The notes beneath the pieces are model-generated. The model was not told the DNA's origin. It ran no database searches and saw only the letters and a program-made list of their open reading frames with translations. The position numbers were made by a program, and so were the translations under genes. A stretch of DNA of 64,000 nucleotides from Nemertoderma westbladi (Eukaryota; Animalia; Xenacoelomorpha), in the NCBI GenBank assembly GCA_032718475.1, contig JAUCBJ010002546.1, forward strand, positions 17,176 to 81,175. The letters run 5' to 3'. Shown in pieces: positions 48,501-60,500 of the stretch (position 1 is the stretch's first letter; every line of letters begins with the position of its first letter).

Positions 48501-51500
48501 GTGGGAGCGGTCTGTGGGTAGAAAGAGTAGATATTAGTGGGTAGAAAGAGTAGATGTTAGTGGGAGCGGTCTGTGGGTAGAAAGAGTAGATATTAGTGGG
48601 AGCGGTCTGTGGGTAGAAAGAGTAGATATTAGTGGGTAGAAAGAGTAGATGTTAGTGGGAGCGGTCTGTGGGTAGAAAGAGTAGATATTAGTGGGAGCGG
48701 TCTGTGGGTAGAAAGAGTAGATGTTAGCGGGAGCGGTCTGTGGGTAGAAAGAGTAGATGTTAGTGGGAGCGGTCTGTGGGTAGAAAGAGTAGATTTAGTG
48801 GGAGAGGTATTTGGGGTAGAAAGAGTAGATATTAGTGGGAGCGGTCTGTGGGTAGAAAGAGTAGATATTAGTGGGTAGAAAGAGTAGATGTTAGTGGGAG
48901 CGGTCTGTGGGTAGAAAGAGTAGATATTAGTGGGAGCGGTCTGTGGGTAGAAAGAGTAGATATTATGGGAGCGGTCTGTGGGTAGAAAGAGTAGATGTTA
49001 GCGGGAGCGGTCTGTGGGTAGAAAGAGTAGATGTTAGCGGGAGCGGTCTGTGGGGCAGAAAGAGTAGATATTAGTGGGTAGAAAGAGTAGATATTAGTGG
49101 GTAGAAAGAGTAGATATTAGTGGGTAGAAAGAGTAGATATTAGTGGGAGCGGTCTGTGGGTAGAAAGAGTAGATATTAGTGGGAGCGGTCTGTGGGTAGA
49201 AAGAGTAGATATTAGTGGGAGCGGTCTGTGGGGCAGAAAGAGTAGATATTAGTGGGTAGAAAGAGTAGATATTAGTGGGAGCGGTCTGTGGGTAGAAAGA
49301 GTAGATATTAATGGGAGCGGTCTGTGGGGTAGAACGAGTAGATGTTAGCGGGAGCGGTCTGTGGGTAGAAAGAGTAGATGTTAGCGGGAGCGGTCTGTGG
49401 GGTAGAAAGAGTAGATATCAGTGGGAGCGGTCTGTGGGGTAGAACGAGTAGATGTTAGTGGGAGCGGTCTGTGGGTAGAAAGAGTAGATGTTAGTGGGAG
49501 CGGTCTGTGGGGCAGAAAGAGTAGATATTAGTGGGAGCGGTCTGTGGGGCAGAAAGAGTAGATGTTAGCGGGAGCGGTCTGTGGGGCAGAAAGAGTAGAT
49601 ATTAGTGGGTAGAAAGAGTAGATGTTAGTGGGAGCGGTCTGTGGGTAGAAAGAGTAGATATTAGTGGGTAGAAAGAGTAGATATTAGTGGGTAGAAAGAG
49701 TAGATATTAGTGGGTAGAAAGAGTAGATATTAGTGGGAGCGGTCTGTGGGTAGAAAGAGTAGATATTAGTGGGAGCGGTCTGTGGGTAGAAAGAGTAGAT
49801 ATTAATGGGAGCGGTCTGTGGGGTAGAACGAGTAGATGTTAGCGGGAGCGGTCTGTGGGTAGAAAGAGTAGATGTTAGCGGGAGCGGTCTGTGGGGTAGA
49901 AAGAGTAGATATCAGTGGGAGCGGTCTGTGGGGTAGAACGAGTAGATGTTAGTGGGAGCGGTCTGTGGGTAGAAAGAGTAGATGTTAGTGGGAGCGGTCT
50001 GTGGGGCAGAAAGAGTAGATATTAGTGGGAGCGGTCTGTGGGGCAGAAAGAGTAGATATTAGTGGGTAGAAAGAGTAGATGTTAGTGGGAGCGGTCTGTG
50101 GGTAGAAAGAGTAGATGTTAGCGGGTAGAAAGAGTAGATATTAGTGGGAGCGGTCTGTGGGGTAGAAAGAGTAGATATTAGCGGGAGCGGTCTGTGGGTA
50201 GAAAGAGTAGATATTAGTGGGTAGAAAGAGTAGATGTTAGCGGGAGCGGTCTGTGGGTAGAAAGAGTAGATATTAGTGGGAGCGGTCTGTGGGGCAGAAA
50301 GAGTAGATATTAGTGGGTAGAAAGAGTAGATGTTAGCGGGAGCGGTCTGTGGGTAGAAAGAGTAGATGTTAGCGGGAGCGGTCTGTGGGTAGAAAGAGTA
50401 GATATTAGTGGGAGCGGTCTGTGGGGTAGAAAGAGTAGATATCAGTGGGAGCGGTCTGTGGGGCAGAAAGAGTAGATATTAGTGGGTAGAAAGAGTAGAT
50501 ATTAGTGGGAGCGGTCTGTGGGGTAGAAAGAGTAGATATCAGTGGGAGCGGTCTGTGGGGCAGAAAGAGTAGATATTAGTGGGTAGAAAGAGTAGATATT
50601 AGTGGGAGCGGTCTGTGGGGTAGAAAGAGTAGATATCAGTGGGAGCGGTCTGTGGGGCAGAAAGAGTAGATATTAGTGGGTAGAAAGAGTAGATATTAGT
50701 GGGAGCGGTCTGTGGGGCAGAAAGAGTAGATATTAGTGGGTAGAAAGAGTAGATATTAGTGGGAGCGGTCTGTGGGGTAGAAAGAGTAGATATCAGTGGG
50801 AGCGGTCTGTGGGGCAGAAAGAGTAGATATTAGTGGGTAGAAAGAGTAGATATTAGTGGGAGCGGTCTGTGGGGCAGAAAGAGTAGATATTAGTGGGAGC
50901 GGTCTGTGGGTAGAAAGAGTAGATATTAGTGGGTAGAAAGAGTAGATATTAGTGGGTAGAAAGAGTAGATGTTAGCGGGAGCGGTCTGTGGGTAGAAAGA
51001 GTAGATATTAGTGGGAGCGGTCTGTGGGTAGAAAGAGTAGATATTAGTGGGTAGAAAGAGTAGATATTAGTGGGTAGAAAGAGTAGATATTAGTGGGAGC
51101 GGTCTGTGGGGCAGAAAGAGTAGATATTAGTGGGTAGAAAGAGTAGATGTTAGCGGGAGCGGTCTGTGGGTAGAAAGAGTAGATATTAGTGGGAGCGGTC
51201 TGTGGGTAGAAAGAGTAGATATTAGTGGGTAGAAAGAGTAGATATTAGTGGGTAGAAAGAGTAGATATTAGTGGGTAGAAAGAGTAGATATTAGTGGGAG
51301 CGGTCTGTGGGTAGAAAGAGTAGATATTAGTGGGAGCGGTCTGTGGGTAGAAAGAGTAGATATTAGTGGGAGCGGTCTGTGGGTAGAAAGAGTAGATGTT
51401 AGCGGGAGCGGTCTGTGGGTAGAAAGAGTAGATGTTAGCGGGAGCGGTCTGTGGGTAGAAAGAGTAGATATCAGTGGGAGCGGTCTGTGGGGTAGAAAGA

Positions 51501-54500
51501 GTAGATGTTAGTGGGAGCGGTCTGTGGGTAGAAAGAGTAGATGTTAGTGGGAGCGGTCTGTGGGTAGAAAGAGTAGATGTTAGCGGGAGCGGTCTGTGGG
51601 GCAGAAAGAGTAGATATTAGTGGGTAGAAAGAGTAGATGTTAGTGGGAGCGGTCTGTGGGTAGAAAGAGTAGATATTAGTGGGAGCGGTCTGTGGGGTAG
51701 AAAGAGTAGATATTAGCGGAGCGGTCTGTGGGTAGAAAGAGTAGATATTAGTGGGTAGAAAGAGTAGATGTTAGCGGGAGCGGTCTGTGGGTAGAAAGAG
51801 TAGATATTAGTGGGAGCGGTCTGTGGGTCAGAAAGAGTAGATATTAGTGGGTAGAAAGAGTAGATGTTAGCGGGAGCGGTCTGTGGGGCAGAAAGAGTAG
51901 ATGTTAGTGGGTAGAAAGAGTAGATATTAGTGGGAGCGGTCTGTGGGTAGAAAGAGTAGATATTAGTGGGTAGAAAGAGTAGATATTAGTGGGTAGAAAG
52001 AGTAGATGTTAGCGGGAGCGGTCTGTGGGTAGAAAGAGTAGATGTTAGCGGGAGCGGTCTGTGGGTAGAAAGAGTAGATATTAGTGGGTAGAAAGAGTAG
52101 ATATTAGTGGGTAGAAAGAGTAGATGTTAGTGGGAGCGGTCTGTGGGTAGAAAGAGTAGATATTAGTGGGTAGAAAGAGTAGATATTAGTGGGTAGAAAG
52201 AGTAGATGTTAGTGGGAGCGGTCTGTGGGTAGAAAGAGTAGATATTAGTGGGAGCGGTCTGTGGGTAGAAAGAGTAGATATTAGTGGGTAGAAAGAGTAG
52301 ATATTAGTGGGTAGAAAGAGTAGATGTTAGTGGGAGCGGTCTGTGGGTAGAAAGAGTAGATATTAGTGGGAGCGGTCTGTGGGTAGAAAGAGTAGATATT
52401 AGTGGGAGCGGTCTGTGGGGTAGAAAGAGTAGATATTAGTGGGAGCGGTCTGTGGGGTAGAAAGAGTAGATATTAGTGGGAGCGGTCTGTGGGTAGAAAG
52501 AGTAGATATTAGTGGGAGCGGTCTGTGGGTAGAAAGAGTAGATATTAGTGGGAGCGGTCTGTGGGAGAAAGAGTAGATGTTAGTGGGAGCGGTCTGTGGG
52601 TAGAAAGAGTAGATATTAGTGGGAGCGGTCTGTGGGTAGAAAGAGTAGATATTAGTGGGTAGAAAGAGTAGATGTTAGTGGGAGCGGTCTGTGGGTAGAA
52701 AGAGTAGATATTAGCGGGAGCGGTCTGTGGGTAGAAAGAGTAGATATTAGTGGGTAGAAAGAGTAGATATTAGTGGGTAGAAAGAGTAGATGTTAGTGGG
52801 AGCGGTCTGTGGGTAGAAAGAGTAGATATTAGTGGGAGCGGTCTGTGGGTAGAAAGAGTAGATATTAGTGGGAGCGGTCTGTGGGTAGAAAGAGTAGATG
52901 TTAGTGGGAGCGGTCTGTGGGTAGAAAGAGTAGATATTAGTGGGAGCGGTCTGTGGGGTAGAAAGAGTAGATATTAGTGGGAGCGGTCTGTGGGTAGAAA
53001 GAGTAGATATTAGTGGGAGCGGTCTGTGGGAGAAAGAGTAGATATTAGTGGGTAGAAAGAGTAGATGTTAGTGGGAGCGGTCTGTGGGTAGAAAGAGTAG
53101 ATGTTAGCGGGAGCGGTCTGTGGGTAGAAAGAGTAGATATTAGTGGGTAGAAAGAGTAGATGTTAGCGGGTAGAAAGAGTAGATATTAGTGGGAGCGGTC
53201 TGTGGGTAGAAAGAGTAGATATTAGTGGGTAGAAAGAGTAGATATTAGTGGGTAGAAAGAGTAGATGTTAGCGGGAGCGGTCTGTGGGTAGAAAGAGTAG
53301 ATGTTAGCGGGAGCGGTCTGTGGGTAGAAAGAGTAGATATTAGTGGGAGCGGTCTGTGGGAGAAAGAGTAGATATTAGTGGGCGGGTAGAAAGAGTAGAT
53401 ATTAGTGGGAGCGGTCTGTGGGTAGAAAGAGTAGATATTAGTGGGAGCGGTCTGTGGGGCAGAAAGAGTAGATATTAGTGGGAGCGGTCTGTGGGGCAGA
53501 AAGAGTAGATATTAGTGGGAGCGGTCTGTGGGGCAGAAAGAGTAGATATTAGTGGGAGCGGTCTGTGGGGCAGAAAGAGTAGATATTAGTGGGAGCGGTC
53601 TGTGGGGCAGAAAGAGTAGATATTAGTGGGAGCGGTCTGTGGGTAGAAAGAGTAGATGTTAGCGGGAGCGGTCTGTGGGTAGAAAGAGTAGATATTAGTG
53701 GGTAGAAAGAGTAGATATTAGTGGGAGCGGTCTGTGGGGCAGAAAGAGTAGATGTTAGTGGGAGCGGTCTGTGGGGCAGAAAGAGTAGATGTTAGTGGGA
53801 GCGGTCTGTGGGGCAGAAAGAGTAGATATTAGTGGGTAGAAAGAGTAGATATTAGCGGGAGCGGTCTGTGGGGCAGAAAGAGTAGATGTTAGCGGGGCGG
53901 TCTGTGGGGTAGAAAGAGTAGATGTTAGTGGGAGCGGTCTGTGGGGTAGAAAGAGTAGATATTAGTGGGAGCGGTCTGTGGGGCAGAAAGAGTAGATATT
54001 AGTGGGTAGAAAGAGTAGATGTTAGTGGGAGCGGTCTGTGGGTAGAAAGAGTAGATATTAGCGGGAGCGGTCTGTGGGTAGAAAGAGTAGATATTAGTGG
54101 GTAGAAAGAGTAGATGTTAGCGGGTAGAAAGAGTAGATATTAGTGGGAGCGGTCTGTGGGTAGAAAGAGTAGATATTAGTGGGTAGAAAGAGTAGATATT
54201 AGTGGGTAGAAAGAGTAGATGTTAGTGGGAGCGGTCTGTGGGTAGAAAGAGTAGATGTTAGCGGGAGCGGTCTGTGGGTAGAAAGAGTAGATATTAGTGG
54301 GTAGAAAGAGTAGATGTTAGCGGGTAGAAAGAGTAGATATTAGTGGGAGCGGTCTGTGGGTAGAAAGAGTAGATATTAGTGGGTAGAAAGAGTAGATGTT
54401 AGTGGGTAGAAAGAGTAGATATTAGTGGGAGCGGTCTGTGGGTAGAAAGAGTAGATGTTAGTGGGAGCGGTCTGTGGGGCAGAAAGAGTAGATATTAGTG

Positions 54501-57500
54501 GGAGCGGTCTGTGGGGCAGAAAGAGTAGATATTAGTGGGAGCGGTCTGTGGGGTAGAAAGAGTAGATGTTAGCGGGAGCGGTCTGTGGGGCAGAAAGAGT
54601 AGATATTAGTGGGTAGAAAGAGTAGATATTAGTGGGAGCGGTCTGTGGGTAGAAAGAGTAGATGTTAGTGGGTAGAAAGAGTAGATGTTAGCGGGAGCGG
54701 TCTGTGGGTAGAAAGAGTAGATATTAGTGGGAGCGGTCTGTGGGTAGAAAGAGTAGATATTAGTGGGTAGAAAGAGTAGATGTTAGCGGGAGCGGTCTAG
54801 TGGGGTAGAAAGAGTAGATATTAGTGGGAGCGGTCTGTGGGGTAGAAAGAGTAGATGTTAGCGGGAGCGGTCTGTGGGTAGAAAGAGTAGATATTAGTGG
54901 GTAGAAAGAGTAGATGTTAGTGGGAGCGGTCTGTGGGGCAGAAAGAGTAGATATTAGTGGGAGCGGTCTGTGGGGCAGAAAGAGTAGATATTAGTGGGAG
55001 CGGTCTGTGGGTAGAAAGAGTAGATGTTAGCGGGAGCGGTCTGTGGGTAGAAAGAGTAGATATTAGTGGGAGCGGTCTGTGGGTAGAAAGAGTAGATATT
55101 AGTGGGAGCGGTCTGTGGGTAGAAAGAGTAGATATTAGTGGGAGCGGTCTGTGGGGCAGAAAGAGTAGATATTAGTGGGAGCGGTCTGTGGGGTAGAAAG
55201 AGTAGATGTTAGCGGGAGCGGTCTGTGGGTAGAAAGAGTAGATATTAGGGGAGCGGTCTGTGGGTAGAAAGAGTAGATGTTAGCGGGAGCGGTCTGTGGG
55301 TAGAAAGAGTAGATATTAGTGGGAGCGGTCTGTGGGAGAAAGAGTAGATATTAGTCGGGTAGAAAGAGTAGATATTAGTGGGAGCGGTCTGTGGGTAGAA
55401 AGAGTAGATATTAGTGGGAGCGGTCTGTGGGTAGAAAGAGTAGATATTAGTGGGTAGAAAGAGTAGATATTAGTGGGAGCGGTCTGTGGGCAGAAAGAGT
55501 AGATATTAGTGGGAGCGGTCTGTGGGGCAGAAAGAGTAGATATTAGTGGGTAGAAAGAGTAGATGTTAGTGGGAGCGGTCTGTGGGTAGAAAGAGTAGAT
55601 GTTAGCGGGAGCGGTCTGTGGGTAGAAAGAGTAGATGTTAGTGGGTAGAAAGAGTAGATGTTAGTGGGAGCGGTCTGTGGGTAGAAAGAGTAGATGTTAG
55701 TGGGTAGAAAGAGTAGATGTTAGCGGGAGCGGTCTGTGGGTAGAAAGAGTAGATGTTAGTGGGTAGAAAGAGTAGATGTTAGTGGGAGCGGTCTGTGGGT
55801 AGAAAGAGTAGATATTAGTGGGAGCGGTCTGTGGGTAGAAAGAGTAGATGTTAGTGGGTAGAAAGAGTAGATGTTAGCGGGAGCGGTCTGTGGGTAGAAA
55901 GAGTAGATGTTAGTGGGTAGAAAGAGTAGATGTTAGTGGGAGCGGTCTGTGGGGCAGAAAGAGTAGATATTAGTGGGAGCGGTCTGTGGGGCAGAAAGAG
56001 TAGATATTAGTGGGAGCGGTCTGTGGGTAGAAAGAGTAGATGTTAGCGGGAGCGGTCTGTGGGTAGAAAGAGTAGATGTTAGCGGGAGCGGTCTGTGGGG
56101 CAGAAAGAGTAGATGTTAGCGGGAGCGGTCTGTGGGGCAGAAAGAGTAGATATTAGTGGGTAGAAAGAGTAGATGTTAGTGGGAGCGGTCTGTGGGTAGA
56201 AAGAGTAGATATTAGTGGGAGCGGTCTGTGGGTAGAAAGAGTAGATGTTAGTGGGAGCGGTCTGTGGGTAGAAAGAGTAGATGTTAGTGGGAGCGGTCTG
56301 TGGGCAGAAAGAGTAGATATTACGTGGGTAGAAAGAGTAGATGTTAGTGGGAGCGGTCTGTGGGTAGAAAGAGTAGATGTTAGCGGGAGCGGTCTGTGGG
56401 GCAGAAAGAGTAGATATTAGTGGGAGCGGTCTGTGGGTAGAAAGAGTAGATGTTAGCGGGAGCGGTCTGTGGGGCAGAAAGAGTAGATATTAGTGGGTAG
56501 AAAGAGTAGATGTTAGTGGGAGCGGTCTGTGGGTAGAAAGAGTAGATGTTAGCGGGAGCGGTCTGTGGGTAGAAAGAGTAGATGTTAGTGGGAGCGGTCT
56601 GTGGGTAGAAAGAGTAGATATTAGTGGGAGCGGTCTGTGGGTAGAAAGAGTAGATATTAGTGGGTAGAAAGAGGAGATGTTAGTGGGAGCGGTCTGTGGG
56701 TAGAAAGAGTAGATGTTAGCGGGAGCGGTCTGTGGGTAGAAAGAGTAGATATTAGTGGGAGCGGTCTGTGGGGTAGAAAGAGTAGATGTTAGCGGGAGCG
56801 GTCTGTGGGGCAGAAAGAGTAGATATTAGTGGGAGCGGTCTGTGGGGCAGAAAGAGTAGATATTAGTGGGAGCGGTCTGTGGGGCAGAAAGAGTAGATAT
56901 TAGTGGGAGCGGTCTGTGGGGCAGAAAGAGTAGATATTAGTGGGAGCGGTCTGTGGGTAGAAAGAGTAGATGTTAGCGGGAGCGGTCTGTGGGTAGAAAG
57001 AGTAGATATTAGTGGGTAGAAAGAGGAGATGTTAGTGGGAGCGGTCTGTGGGTAGAAAGAGTAGATGTTAGCGGGAGCGGTCTGTGGGTAGAAAGAGTAG
57101 ATATTAGTGGGAGCGGTCTGTGGGGCAGAAAGAGTAGATGTTAGTGGGAGCGGTCTGTGGGGTAGAAAGAGTAGATGTTAGCGGGAGCGGTCTGTGGGGC
57201 AGAAAGAGTAGATATTAGTGGGAGCGGTCTGTGGGGCAGAAAGAGTAGATATTAGTGGGAGCGGTCTGTGGGGCAGAAAGAGTAGATATTAGTGGGAGCG
57301 GTCTGTGGGGCAGAAAGAGTAGATATTAGTGGGTAGAAAGAGTAGATGTTAGCGGGAGCGGTCTGTGGGTAGAAAGAGTAGATATTAGTGGGAGCGGTCT
57401 GTGGGGCAGAAAGAGTAGATATTAGTGGGTAGAAAGAGTAGATATTAGTGGGAGCGGTCTGTGGGTAGAAAGAGTAGATGTTAGCGGGAGCGGTCTGTGG

Positions 57501-60500
57501 GTAGAAAGAGTAGATATTAGTGGGTAGAAAGAGGAGATGTTAGTGGGAGCGGTCTGTGGGTAGAAAGAGTAGATGTTAGCGGGAGCGGTCTGTGGGTAGA
57601 AAGAGTAGATATTAGTGGGAGCGGTCTGTGGGGCAGAAAGAGTAGATGTTAGTGGGAGCGGTCTGTGGGGTAGAAAGAGTAGATGTTAGCGGGAGCGGTC
57701 TGTGGGGCAGAAAGAGTAGATATTAGTGGGAGCGGTCTGTGGGGCAGAAAGAGTAGATATTAGTGGGAGCGGTCTGTGGGGCAGAAAGAGTAGATATTAG
57801 TGGGAGCGGTCTGTGGGGCAGAAAGAGTAGATATTAGTGGGTAGAAAGAGTAGATGTTAGCGGGAGCGGTCTGTGGGTAGAAAGAGTAGATATTAGTGGG
57901 AGCGGTCTGTGGGGCAGAAAGAGTAGATATTAGTGGGTAGAAAGAGTAGATATTAGTGGGAGCGGTCTGTGGGTAGAAAGAGTAGATGTTAGCGGGAGCG
58001 GTCTGTGGGTAGAAAGAGTAGATATTAGTGGGTAGAAAGAGTAGATGTTAGCGGGAGCGGTCTGTGGGTAGAAAGAGTAGATGTTAGCGGGAGCGGTCTG
58101 TGGGTAGAAAGAGTAGATATCAGTGGGTGCGGTCTGTGGGGCAGAAAGAGTAGATATTAGTGGGTAGAAAGAGTAGATGTTAGCGGGAGCGGTCTGTGGG
58201 GCAGAAAGAGTAGATATTAGTGGGAGCGGTCTGTGGGGTAGAAAGAGTAGATATTAGTGGGTAGAAAGAGTAGATATTAGTGGGTAGAAAGAGTAGATGT
58301 TAGCGGGAGCGGTCTGTGGGGCAGAAAGAGTAGATATTAGTGGGTAGAAAGAGTAGATATTAGTGGGTAGAAAGAGTAGATATTAGTGGGAGCGGTCTGT
58401 GGGGCAGAAAGAGTAGATATTAGTGGGAGCGGTCTGTGGGGCAGAAAGAGTAGATATTAGTGGGAGCGGTCTGTGGGTAGAAAGAGTAGATATCAGTGGG
58501 AGCGGTCTGTGGGGCAGAAAGAGTAGATATTAGTGGGTAGAAAGAGTAGATATTAGTGGGAGCGGTCTGTGGGTAGAAAGAGTAGATATTAGTGGGAGCG
58601 GTCTGTGGGTAGAAAGAGTAGATATTAGTGGGTAGAAAGAGTAGATGTTAGCGGGAGCGGTCTGTGGGGCAGAAAGAGTAGATATTAGTGGGTAGAAAGA
58701 GTAGATATTAGTGGGAGCGGTCTGTGGGTAGAAAGAGTAGATATTAGTGGGAGCGGTCTGTGGGTAGAAAGAGTAGATATTAGTGGGTAGAAAGAGTAGA
58801 TATTAGTGGGAGCGGTCTGTGGGTAGAAAGAGTAGATATTAGTGGGTAGAAAGAGTAGATATTAGTGGGAGCGGTCTGTGGGTAGAAAGAGTAGATGTTA
58901 GCGGGAGCGGTCTGTGGGGCAGAAAGAGTAGATGTTAGCGGGAGCGGTCTGTGGGGCAGAAAGAGTAGATATTAGTGGGTAGAAAGAGTAGATATTAGTG
59001 GGAGCGGTCTGTGGGTAGAAAGAGTAGATATTAGTGGGTAGAAAGAGTAGATGTTAGCGGGAGCGGTCTGTGGGTAGAAAGAGTAGATGTTAGTGGGAGC
59101 GGTCTGTGGGTAGAAAGAGTAGATATTAGTGGGTAGAAAGAGTAGATATTAGTGGGAGCGGTCTGTGGGTAGAAAGAGTAGATATTAGTGGGAGCGGTCT
59201 GTGGGGCAGAAAGAGTAGATATTAGTGGGTAGAAAGAGTAGATATTAGTGGGAGCGGTCTGTGGGTAGAAAGAGTAGATATTAGTGGGTAGAAAGAGTAG
59301 ATGTTAGTGGGAGCGGTCTGTGGGTAGAAAGAGTAGATGTTAGCGGGAGCGGTCTGTGGGTAGAAAGAGTAGATGTTAGTGGGAGCGGTCTGTGGGTAGA
59401 AAGAGTAGATATTAGTGGGAGCGGTCTGTGGGTAGAAAGAGTAGATATTAGTGGGTAGAAAGAGGAGATGTTAGTGGGAGCGGTCTGTGGGTAGAAAGAG
59501 TAGATGTTAGCGGGAGCGGTCTGTGGGTAGAAAGAGTAGATATTAGTGGGAGCGGTCTGTGGGGTAGAAAGAGTAGATGTTAGCGGGAGCGGTCTGTGGG
59601 GCAGAAAGAGTAGATATTAGTGGGAGCGGTCTGTGGGGCAGAAAGAGTAGATATTAGTGGGAGCGGTCTGTGGGGCAGAAAGAGTAGATATTAGTGGGAG
59701 CGGTCTGTGGGGCAGAAAGAGTAGATATTAGTGGGAGCGGTCTGTGGGTAGAAAGAGTAGATGTTAGCGGGAGCGGTCTGTGGGTAGAAAGAGTAGATAT
59801 TAGTGGGTAGAAAGAGGAGATGTTAGTGGGAGCGGTCTGTGGGTAGAAAGAGTAGATGTTAGCGGGAGCGGTCTGTGGGTAGAAAGAGTAGATATTAGTG
59901 GGAGCGGTCTGTGGGGCAGAAAGAGTAGATGTTAGTGGGAGCGGTCTGTGGGGTAGAAAGAGTAGATGTTAGCGGGAGCGGTCTGTGGGGCAGAAAGAGT
60001 AGATATTAGTGGGAGCGGTCTGTGGGGCAGAAAGAGTAGATATTAGTGGGAGCGGTCTGTGGGGCAGAAAGAGTAGATATTAGTGGGAGCGGTCTGTGGG
60101 GCAGAAAGAGTAGATATTAGTGGGTAGAAAGAGTAGATGTTAGCGGGAGCGGTCTGTGGGTAGAAAGAGTAGATATTAGTGGGAGCGGTCTGTGGGGCAG
60201 AAAGAGTAGATATTAGTGGGTAGAAAGAGTAGATATTAGTGGGAGCGGTCTGTGGGTAGAAAGAGTAGATGTTAGCGGGAGCGGTCTGTGGGTAGAAAGA
60301 GTAGATATTAGTGGGTAGAAAGAGGAGATGTTAGTGGGAGCGGTCTGTGGGTAGAAAGAGTAGATGTTAGCGGGAGCGGTCTGTGGGTAGAAAGAGTAGA
60401 TATTAGTGGGAGCGGTCTGTGGGGCAGAAAGAGTAGATGTTAGTGGGAGCGGTCTGTGGGGTAGAAAGAGTAGATGTTAGCGGGAGCGGTCTGTGGGGCA

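Noticed and set aside
27857-55175. Short ORFs in the satellite (VERVDISGSGLW repeats at 27857, 45772, 54957)
   Set aside because: These are by-products of consecutive 36-bp units; 23- and 37-bp units break the frame constantly.
46600-56330. Cluster of one-off indels and substitutions in the satellite (e.g. ~48310, ~48800, ~51718, ~55355)
   Set aside because: Singletons that could equally be long-read consensus errors; they cannot be interpreted without reads.
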